From: Candidatus Thorarchaeota archaeon
GTDB lineage: Archaea > Asgardarchaeota > Thorarchaeia > Thorarchaeales > Thorarchaeaceae
NCBI GenBank assembly: GCA_016840685.1
Contig: JAEORX010000002.1
Location: 28,852-92,851, forward strand
Direction of reading: 5' to 3'
Length of the DNA stretch: 64,000 nt
Within the stretch, counting starts at the first letter, position 1, and each line of letters starts with the position of its first letter. Under the pieces are notes generated by a model. The model was not told the origin of the DNA, ran no database searches, and was given only the letters and a program-made list of their open reading frames with translations. The translations under genes and the position numbers were made by a program. This document shows, one piece after another, positions 9,390 to 18,400 of the stretch.

Positions 9390-9755
9390 ATGGTGATTCA
9401 GCTCAAGAGTGCTGTTATTGACTCTATTGATGAAACTGAAACGAGAAGACTGAAGCTATTAAAAGTGTCATCGAAAAGTGATGGTGCTACACTTACCTTG
9501 GAGCTTCCTGATGCTTTGTGTGATGCATTGAAAGCCAATGATTCGATAACAGTTGTTATTGATTCCAAACCAATTACAAAAGGGGAAAAAGCAAAGCTGT
9601 ATGTAGAGAGCAGTGTCTTTAAGAAACAAGAGAAAAACGGTCTTGAGGTTATTGGATCTGTAGGTGGGCTTCGACTAGTCTTTACTCTTGGTAAAGCCAC
9701 TCCAAGCCAAAGCAATGTCTTCAGTTCTAAGAAGTTCTTTCTAGCAATTATGTAA
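9390..9755 (+). CDS. Possible RNA polymerase subunit Rpo8 (RpoG/Rpb8-like), tentative
   Basis: 121 aa. ITVVIDSKP..EKAKLYV and EVIGSVGGLRLVF resemble the Rpb8 SFGGLLM segment. It lies just upstream of tfb. From memory only. Confidence 0.4.
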   Translation: MVIQLKSAVIDSIDETETRRLKLLKVSSKSDGATLTLELPDALCDALKANDSITVVIDSKPITKGEKAKLYVESSVFKKQEKNGLEVIGSVGGLRLVFTLGKATPSQSNVFSSKKFFLAIM

Positions 9756-9928
9756 AATCTTGACAATCAGGTGCAAATCTGATTACTTTCGGTCATCTCT
9801 CTTTCTGACCAGACCGTTAAAGACCGCTCACTGCGGGCTGGAGTTCACTTGGACAGACTGTTCCTCTCCGTGAGTGTATATTTGATATCTGAAACTTAGT
9901 TAGGATTGATTGTACACACTCATAATGG

Positions 9929-10969
9929 GTGTGGTTATTGACTGATGGAATATGTGAATCTCGTTTAACGAATTCAAAATCCTGTCCTGACTGTGGTGGC
10001 TTTCTGGTCACTAGTCATGGACATATAGTGTGTGCTGAGTGCGGTTTGGTACTCTCAAGAGAGTATGTTTTGCCCACATACCAAATGGGAGAACGACCTG
10101 GCGATGATTCCCCAGACGCGAGTATGTATGTGTCTCTGGGAAATCGGATGCACATTGTAGATGGTCTTGGTAGTTACATAGGCTTTCATAAAGACAGGTA
10201 CTTTCAGGATGCCCAAGGACAAGCACTTTCTGGAAGAATGCAGAAAAAGTTCAAACGTCTAAAAACAATTTATAGCACTAGAATCAGAATTGGAAAGAAT
10301 GAGGCAAAATATAGGGCTCTGCGAACGCTTAATCATGTATCAAAACTGCTTATGATAAACGAACAAGTTCGTGATCGAACTGCATATTTGTATAAGAAGG
10401 TAGTAAATGAAACAGTAGGAGGGATTAGCAACAACATTCTGTTGATCGCTGTTTGTCTTCTGATGGCTGTAAGGGAATTCAAAGAGGAAGCCCCAATTAC
10501 TCTTGATGAAATAGCTGATGTATTTGAAAAGTGTGGCCATCGTGTTAATGTAAGAGCGATTGTACGCGAAGCACTCAGACTCAAATCTCTTACAGGGCAT
10601 TCTCCCGAGATAAGAAAACCAGAAGACTATGTCCCAAGAGTTCTTTCTATGCTGATGAATAGTCCGAGGGTGGTCAGCAAGGTTCAATCACGAGGCTGGA
10701 AGATAAAAGACTATGAGAATGCACTTAGAAACAAAATCCTAGAAGTTCTCCAAACGATACCAGCTTCAAAACGAGGAGGACGAAATCCTTTCATATTCAC
10801 CGTATCAGCAGCTTATGCTAGTGACCGACTAATAGCTATGCAGTATGGAAAAAGGGCGGTAATGACCCAGAAGCTTGCGTCGACTGCCACAAAGGTGGCT
10901 GAGTACAGTATTAGAGATCATTTCGGGATGATGAAGAAAATCATCGAGGTTTCTCATGCGAGTATATAG
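9929..10969 (+). CDS. tfb: Transcription initiation factor IIB (TFB), divergent paralog
   Basis: N-terminal zinc ribbon CPDCGG..CAECG followed by two cyclin-like repeats. GTG/TTG start. Confidence 0.8.
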   Translation: MWLLTDGICESRLTNSKSCPDCGGFLVTSHGHIVCAECGLVLSREYVLPTYQMGERPGDDSPDASMYVSLGNRMHIVDGLGSYIGFHKDRYFQDAQGQALSGRMQKKFKRLKTIYSTRIRIGKNEAKYRALRTLNHVSKLLMINEQVRDRTAYLYKKVVNETVGGISNNILLIAVCLLMAVREFKEEAPITLDEIADVFEKCGHRVNVRAIVREALRLKSLTGHSPEIRKPEDYVPRVLSMLMNSPRVVSKVQSRGWKIKDYENALRNKILEVLQTIPASKRGGRNPFIFTVSAAYASDRLIAMQYGKRAVMTQKLASTATKVAEYSIRDHFGMMKKIIEVSHASI

Positions 10970-11044
10970 TGATCTGCTATTCATCTAGGAGATTATCTTG
11001 CAATTTCTCGAATAAGAAGTAGATACTATGAGGTGATTAATTAG

Positions 11045-12739
11045 ATGGGCTCAGAATGTTATATAATCCGTTGTTCAGTTGGACGTTGTGAAAAATGCTC
11101 TCATGATAGTAATCAAGGCTGCATGAAACTTGGTGATATCAGAGAATCTGGAGATAACAAATCACAGATAATACTAGTTGAGTCTGAGAAAGGGTTGTTT
11201 CACTATTGTCAGTCATGCAGTTTGAAACAAAATGAACCTCCATGGAGAACTGATGGGTGGGAAACCGTCTTTGTTGGTATAAATAACAGTCTTTTCGATA
11301 ATATGGAATATACTTTTGGGGTATACAAAGTTGGGACATATCTTTCAATTTTCAAACTTGGAGAACACAATCATTCTAAACATATTGTTGTTCCACTTGT
11401 TAGAACTGAATTAGAATCCTCTCTTATTGAAGAACTGAGCCATAGTAAAGTGCAGTTTGAGAGTAGACGATATTCTTTGAAGGAAAACATATCTCAAAGG
11501 CTGAACCAATCGAGAAACGATATTTCGATGCATATAATGAAGCTGATACCTGAGATTAATGAAACTACTAGGATTAGACTCTCTGAAATTATATCTCATC
11601 GTCGAAATGTTCTCGGGTCGCTGATGCCAATCATTCTTGATGATTTGGTGGAAGAGATATATCTTGACCACCCAGGAGCCCTGGTATATTTTGATCATCA
11701 GAATTATGGAAGGTGTGTTACCAATATTACTTTCGAAGAAAATGAAGTACCAAGAATTGTGACTTTAATTCGATCTGAGAGTAATCTTCACTTAGACAGA
11801 AGTAATCCTTCTCTTAAAATGGATTTACAGATTCAGGGTGCTTCTTTACGGTTCTCTGCCAGCATGCCGCCACTTAGTCCGGATGGGTTACACCTTGAAA
11901 TTCGTCGAGCTAGAAACAATCCATTCTCAGTTAGTGATTTGATTGAAAATTTTACAATGACCCCAGAAGTGGCGGCTGTCTTGCTTTTTGCGATTACTTG
12001 TCGTTTCAATATCACAATAACAGGAGGCCCTGGAACAGGGAAGACAACTTTACTGAATGCTTTGGATATGGCAACCCCAAAATGGTGGAGAAAAATCTAC
12101 ATCGAGGACGCTATTGAGAGTAGAACACAAAGAGATCATCATCAGGTTCGGTTCAGGGTGAATCCGGTAGACGAACAGATATCAAAATTCAATAAGAGTG
12201 ATGAGATAATCAAATGCCTTCATAGATCACCAGATTATCTTATTCTTGGAGAAATACAAACAGCAGAACATAGTAAGGCATTGTTTCAAGCTGTTTCAGC
12301 AGGTCTTCGCACAATTCAAACATGTCATAGTGAGTCAGCTGCAAGTCTAATTTCTAGATGGAAATTGGGGCATGGGATTAACAATGATAGTCTTGCCCTC
12401 ATGGATGTTGTTGTAACACTTGAAAAACCTAGACCAGGAGAGTCAGAACGTAGAGTTAGTGAGATTTCAGAGATAAGGAGAGAAATGGTAAATGGTATCT
12501 TGGAATTCTGTGGTCTGAATACAGTGTATGACAACGCTATAGGAGTAATAGGTAATTGGAAAAAAGACGGTGCTTTTATGACTCGTGCGAGAGAGTCTGG
12601 AGTTGAGAGCCATATTCCTGCTCTGAAAAATCTGATAGATGTTGTTCACAATAATATGTGCAACCTTGATTTTGAAATGCTTGGTGAGAGAATGTGGTTT
12701 CACGGAAATCCTATGGCGTTTAATGAACACAGATTATAG
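11045..12739 (+). CDS. Type II/IV secretion-family ATPase (FlaI/TadA/VirB11-like) with a Cys-rich N-terminal domain
   Basis: Walker A ITGGPGTGKTTLLNAL, Asp box IYIEDAIE, Walker B DYLILGEIQ, His box TCHS. The first 60 residues contain 7 Cys. Confidence 0.85.
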   Translation: MGSECYIIRCSVGRCEKCSHDSNQGCMKLGDIRESGDNKSQIILVESEKGLFHYCQSCSLKQNEPPWRTDGWETVFVGINNSLFDNMEYTFGVYKVGTYLSIFKLGEHNHSKHIVVPLVRTELESSLIEELSHSKVQFESRRYSLKENISQRLNQSRNDISMHIMKLIPEINETTRIRLSEIISHRRNVLGSLMPIILDDLVEEIYLDHPGALVYFDHQNYGRCVTNITFEENEVPRIVTLIRSESNLHLDRSNPSLKMDLQIQGASLRFSASMPPLSPDGLHLEIRRARNNPFSVSDLIENFTMTPEVAAVLLFAITCRFNITITGGPGTGKTTLLNALDMATPKWWRKIYIEDAIESRTQRDHHQVRFRVNPVDEQISKFNKSDEIIKCLHRSPDYLILGEIQTAEHSKALFQAVSAGLRTIQTCHSESAASLISRWKLGHGINNDSLALMDVVVTLEKPRPGESERRVSEISEIRREMVNGILEFCGLNTVYDNAIGVIGNWKKDGAFMTRARESGVESHIPALKNLIDVVHNNMCNLDFEMLGERMWFHGNPMAFNEHRL

Positions 12740-12808
12740 GAGGAATAGGAGATTGTTTCTGGGGGCCTTAAAAGGAGATGAATGAACAAGTAGTAGAGGT
12801 AAAAGATT

Positions 12809-13018
12809 TTGACAAAGGATGATAGTCTGATTCGTAATGAACAGGGAGGCCCACTTGTTGAGGAGAGTCTACTCCTGGGCCTTGCGGTTGTTACGGTTTC
12901 TATTGTAATTGCTGTTATCCTTCAGGCTACGGGATGGGCACAAGATGTTGTAGAGGGATTATTGCAGCTTTTGCAGGACAGTTGGAGTAGTCTAACTCAG
13001 TTATTCGGTACACCATAA
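12809..13018 (+). CDS. Flp/Epd-like type IV pilin precursor (class III signal peptide)
   Basis: 69 aa. NEQGG|PLVEESLLLGLAVVTVSIVIAVIL has Gly at the cleavage site, Glu at +5 and a hydrophobic helix. GAGGT lies 8 nt upstream of the TTG start. Directly downstream of the ATPase. Confidence 0.5.
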   Translation: MTKDDSLIRNEQGGPLVEESLLLGLAVVTVSIVIAVILQATGWAQDVVEGLLQLLQDSWSSLTQLFGTP

Positions 13019-13102
13019 GATTTGCAGTCTTGTTATGAGAAAGGCTTATTTGTAGAAGTCAAGACGGGCCCTCTCACGCTCCGGACTGGCATTTCGTATA
13101 CG

Positions 13103-13212
13103 GCTCCGGTAGAACATTGTACTTTGTGATACAATGATACCGATTGTAGTCCGGCCCAGCATGGGGGACTCTCGATCCCCCGACCCGGGTTCAAATCCCG
13201 GCCGGAGCACCA
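13103..13212 (+). tRNA. tRNA-Glu (CUC) with a ~32-nt intron in the D-arm (non-canonical position), CCA encoded
   Basis: GCTCCGGTAG[AACATTGTACTTTGTGATACAATGATACCGAT]TGTAGTCCGGCCCAGCATGGGGGACTCTCGATCCCCCGACCCGGGTTCAAATCCCGGCCGGAGCACCA. The anticodon loop is CTCTCGA. The exact intron boundaries are ambiguous. Confidence 0.85.
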
Positions 13213-13215
13213 TTC

Positions 13216-15087
13216 TTATGAATCTATGAGGTATTTTCGTCGGATTATTGGAATAGCCGTAATACAAACTGATGCAATCAAAGCAATCGCTATACCACTG
13301 ATTCCAACTCCTTGGAGTGACATCACATCGGATGTTGTTATTTCAATTAGAAATGAACCACTGGATGAAACAATTGAGTTTGATGATTCTGATTCATAAT
13401 ATAGAATATAGGTACCAATTGTAGCGGGAACTGGAAGATGAAGCGTGATAACGCCTTCATCGGTGGTTTGAGTGGTCATACTTATTTGCAACCAGTTGAA
13501 ATTTACCAATACTCCTTTCGGTGTGGATCCATTAAGACACCTCAGTGTCAGATGCACATATAGCTCATGAAGAGGTGCATTGACTTCATAGAAATCAAGT
13601 CCAAGTCTTATAGGCATCAGTTTAGTGACTTGAAGAATGTATTCAAATGAGGCTATTGATTCGAATAGTGTTTCATTTCCAATATAATGGATGGAGATAT
13701 TGTACTGAAACTCAATTTGAGGAACAGCAAAGGAGAAAGTTAGTTGGCCAGTTGTATTGGTGACTGCTGTTGACTGGAGTACATTGTTTATCATGAATTG
13801 AAGTGGTCTGAGAGAACAATTGCCAGCCCAGTTAGTCATCAGAAGTTCAAAGAAGACCATTTGACCGGGTGAAGCGTAATGATCTACATTACAGTGTATT
13901 AGTGATATCTCTGGTACGGACCAGACTGAGAAAGTACTACTAACACTTGTGTTCATTAGGAATGGGTTTTCTGTCAGTTCAATGTGGAGAACATGAATAC
14001 CTGGAGGTCCTAGAAGGTCCCATCGAAGATTGAGAGTAGTTGTGGATGAACTTGATGGCGTTGTGAAGCTCTGGTTAGAGATGGAGTCTGTTATTGATAT
14101 TATGGAATTAGGGATTGGACGACCTAGTGAGTCAGAAACAGTGATTTCAATTTCAATAATAGAACCAATTGTGCATAACTCAGGAACTCTAGTAATAATC
14201 TGAACAGGACTCGAAACTGAAAAAAAGAAATCGGTATAGGATTCGGAGTATCGTTCGGTTCCATTATACTGGATTCTCAATGTATGAATGCCAAGTGTGA
14301 ATCTTTCATCAACCTCTAAATGAAGATGAGCTACTCCTGAGCTATTAGAAGTAATAGGAAATAGAAGAGAACCATCCAAGAACACTTGAAGTGGTTCGTT
14401 TTGGAGTGTGTGGTTCGTTTCGGAGAGTTTGACATAAATATCTACAGATTCATCGAGTACTACATCACTTGAAGGTAAGTTCAGAATGACAACAGAGGTG
14501 GGAATTTGTACAATCTCTATTGTGAATATGAATTCAGATGCGTCGAGATAGTTTGTCAAATCCTGTTTGAAAACAACACGGATATCATTGTATCCTAGTG
14601 TACTCCAAGAACTGTTACACTCGATTTTGAAATCGATATCTCCTGAGGAATTGGTTATACTCACACCAAGTGGAGTATCATCTTTGAGAACCGTTATCAT
14701 CGCATCTGATACTGGATTATTCGAGTCATCAGATAGATGAACCGAGAAAGACAGTAAGTCTCCTGAGGATAGTAAATATGATACCGGATTGATCTCAATG
14801 TTTGTAGATGATAGTATTGTCAGTACAATCTGTTGATACGTCGGTGACAACGAAAGAGACTCATTACCATAGAATGTCACATTGAGAGTTGTTGGACCAA
14901 GCGCGTGGATTAAAGGGATGTCCCAGACTATTGATGCAATGCCATTGGCATCCGTTTTTCTGGAACCAATGAAAGTATCAAAAGTCTGGTCAAAGAAAGA
15001 TATCCACTGATTTGGTACAGGGTTTCCATAGCTGCCATTCTGAAGAAGTGTGGCTGTGATTGTAATTGCGTTTCCTCGAGTCACCAC
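13216..15087 (-). CDS. Membrane-anchored Ig-like repeat surface protein, paralog of 7483..9270; the true N-terminus probably extends to ~15183-15189
   Basis: Repeated G-x-(H/Y)-x-L-x-I modules (LGIHTLRIQY, PGIHVLHIEL, IGTYILYYES), many sequons and a C-terminal TM anchor GISGIAIALIASVCITAIPIIRRKY. An in-frame signal peptide lies upstream of the first canonical start. Confidence 0.75.
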   Translation of the reverse strand: MVTRGNAITITATLLQNGSYGNPVPNQWISFFDQTFDTFIGSRKTDANGIASIVWDIPLIHALGPTTLNVTFYGNESLSLSPTYQQIVLTILSSTNIEINPVSYLLSSGDLLSFSVHLSDDSNNPVSDAMITVLKDDTPLGVSITNSSGDIDFKIECNSSWSTLGYNDIRVVFKQDLTNYLDASEFIFTIEIVQIPTSVVILNLPSSDVVLDESVDIYVKLSETNHTLQNEPLQVFLDGSLLFPITSNSSGVAHLHLEVDERFTLGIHTLRIQYNGTERYSESYTDFFFSVSSPVQIITRVPELCTIGSIIEIEITVSDSLGRPIPNSIISITDSISNQSFTTPSSSSTTTLNLRWDLLGPPGIHVLHIELTENPFLMNTSVSSTFSVWSVPEISLIHCNVDHYASPGQMVFFELLMTNWAGNCSLRPLQFMINNVLQSTAVTNTTGQLTFSFAVPQIEFQYNISIHYIGNETLFESIASFEYILQVTKLMPIRLGLDFYEVNAPLHELYVHLTLRCLNGSTPKGVLVNFNWLQISMTTQTTDEGVITLHLPVPATIGTYILYYESESSNSIVSSSGSFLIEITTSDVMSLQGVGISGIAIALIASVCITAIPIIRRKYLIDS

Positions 15088-15458
15088 TGTTTCACCCTCA
15101 GCTACAACTTGTTCAGTAGCGAATATGGATAACGTGAATAGGAGGAAAAGGAGGATTATTGAGAACCAGTATGATTTTCTAATGATTATGACCTCCTTGG
15201 AATATGTTAGTGATTCGACGTTGAATACAAGTTGAGATTCTGAAAATCAGTACATTTGTACTGACTTCGTGTATGAGATTCGTTCTTCAGTAGTTTCGTC
15301 ACCAGTTCATCATTCGGCTTTGGGGTTTTTATTCTCCTATAGATTATGTATTGTTTTGCAATCTGTTTGGGGGTGTTCATATGCTAAACAACAGTACGAT
15401 GGTTCGGTTCTGTAAACAACCGTTCTTGGATAAAATGAACGTGATGAGGAATTATTAG

Positions 15459-18400
15459 ATGCCATTTTACTTATCCCGACGTGAAGGCACAGGTTTCATT
15501 TCTCATGATGTGTACAGAGGACCAAAATCACGAGTAAGTTTGATTTGGGCAATTGAAATCATCCTTGTTGGGCTGTATCTTTTAGTAGTGTATCTATTAC
15601 CATTGACAGGACTATCTGACCAACCAGTGGTACCTCTAAAGACACTTGTTGAATTAGTACTCTGTTTTGTGCCCATTATTACAGGCTTATTATTGACTAT
15701 AAACCAAATTCGTTTCCAAAGCTTGGTATCTTCTATTGAGGGGAGTACATTATTTGTTCAGCTTGATGACTATATTGTCGGTACATGTTGTCTTGATATT
15801 GTATCAGTATCCGGATCGGTGTATCTAGATGAGAATGGAAAACCTAGGTATAACGAGAGTATGTTGTTAGCCATGCGTGCAGGAATGCACAAATCCGCAA
15901 CCATGGCATTTGAAGCAGGTGTGACAGATGGAGAACCATTTCTACGTATTTTCATTACTGCAGTTGGGCATGATTCAGAACTTATTAAAGAGATTCTGAG
16001 GAGGGAAGCTACAAGGACCGAGGCGATTCTTTTCTCTTCCCTTAGCAATATAGAACTGAAACTTCTAGAGGATCATTTCCTAAAAAATGCCATATTGACT
16101 CATTTGGAGTGTGTTCAGATTAATACCAAAGATATAGTCATTGATGATAAGACTCAATCTGTGTGTTTGATTACCTTGCAGGGGTTGCCTCGGACTTTTC
16201 CAACCCAAGACACTTCACAGGTTGGAACCTTCATCGCTACAGCTCTTGGACAAGGATACACTACAAGCATGACATGCATTTTTTCTTCATCCAAGCCAGG
16301 CAAAGAAAAACGTACACTTGAGAATCAGTGGAAGAGTATTCAGGCAAAGGAAAAAAGGAAGGAGGAATCACTTAAAGATCATTCAGCGAAAAAAAGGCTG
16401 TTGACTCGTTATGAAGAAATCCAAGACAAAGCTAGTTGGTTTGATGTAACAGTATATTTCAAGGTGAATCTTCCAACAAACAGCAATACTAAATCTGTTT
16501 TAGATGGAGTGATTGGACTAGTTCATTCGATTTGGGGTGGTAGTGATTCAATCAAACTCAGCCATCAGAAGCTTTCGAAGCGGATAGTTTCAAGAGTACT
16601 ATCTCGCCGTCATTTGAAACGGCAGCGTGTGCATATTGCTCGGCTGTCATCCTTTGTCAACACTCCAATTCAGCAGCTTCCAATCATCGCGCCAAAACGT
16701 GTCCCAATCTTTCCTGTTCCTGCAAAAGAATTAGTAGATAATGAACTTGTTATTGGAGAAACAGTATTTGGAAACCGTCGTCTATCAAAAGTCGGATTGG
16801 AAATTGATTGGCTGAAAGAACATGTTGCTATCTTAGGAGCAACAGGAACTGGAAAAACAACTATTGTGAAACACCTTATGGCACAGCTTAGTATGAAAAC
16901 GGATGTGCCTTGGTGGATATTTGATATCAAGGGGTCGGAGTACCTTAGTTTGATTGGTAATGGTGATTCAGATATCCTTGTTTTGAAACCAGGTCTTGAT
17001 ACTTCGTTTGTAATCAATCTTATTGATTCAGAAATGGTAAATGATGATAACTATGCTCATTCTACATTTAAGATTTTGAGAGAGCTGTTGAATGAGAGGG
17101 GTGACTCTTCTGAACTCTCTCCAGCAATGGAAAGATTACTTCGTGATTCTGTAATGAGTCTGGTAGAAACAACAGATCATGATAACTCTGTTCAATCTCT
17201 AGTGAGAGCTGTTTCGATGCTAGCTAGTAATGATCGCATTGGAAATATGACTAGGGATGCATTACTCAACCGTCTTGAAGTATTGACTCGTGAGCCATTG
17301 GGCTCAATTCTTGGTGGTGGCTCTGATACGGTTCGATTTTCAGATCTATTGGATAAACGTGTCATTCTTGACCTTTCGTACGTTGCACGTATCGGAGGAA
17401 TGGATTCTGCGAGACTCCTTTACAATCTTGTCGCCAAACGTATCTTTGATAGTGCTATGAAGCGAGGAGTTTCGGAGGGGTTGCATCATGTTGTTGTATT
17501 AGAGGAGGCAAGTAATCTTGTACCTGAGAGTTATACAAGACAATCTGCGGCTGATGTTACAACTGGAGAATCTATGGTAATGCTACAGCGAGCTACAGGA
17601 CAAGGTGTCATTGTTATATCTACTAGACCTAATATTTCCTCGAACATATTAGCGAATACATCAACAAAGATAGTATTTCGGTTACCATATGACAGTCAAG
17701 TTGGTGGAAGATTTCTTTCATTAACTAGTGACCAAGAACAGTATCTCCGTACATTGAAACGTGGGAGGGCCTTGATGAGTATTCCTCACACTGAAACTTT
17801 TGAGATTGTAACACAACGATTTCCAGAAACAGCAGCTGTGATAGGTGATACTGTATCTCGTGATGTGGGTGACCCTGCTCCAACTCCCGTGAATGATTTG
17901 CTAGATAAAGATGAATTAACTAGTGATGTGGATATATCCAAGTCAGATGACGACAATGAAGCTCAAACGCTTGTCTTTAACAGACTTGATAGACTTGGGG
18001 GACATGTGGTGGCATTTCTGGCTTCAGAAGAGTGGGCTACTGAAGGAGAAATCAGAAATCTCATTGCAGTCCTAGACTCTAATGCTGTTGATGATGACAT
18101 TTCAGAAGTTATTCGTAATCTTGTTTCATTAGGTAGTGTGGAAAGGGAGTCTCTGGCACTTGTTGATGGGGGGTATTTATTCGCACTACCAGGAAAAGCA
18201 TTAGATGCAGTCAGAAGAGTGATTGTAGAGTATATTTCTGGAAGATTAGGGGTGGAGTGCAACCCGTCTGCCAATTCTAGCACTCTTGATTGGCCTGACA
18301 TTGTCCTTGAAGATAAGGCTGTAATAGTCATTCCAGAACATCTTAGAGCATCATCGATGCTAGTTGCCTTGGATAAAATTCGCAAACAAATGAATAAGCT

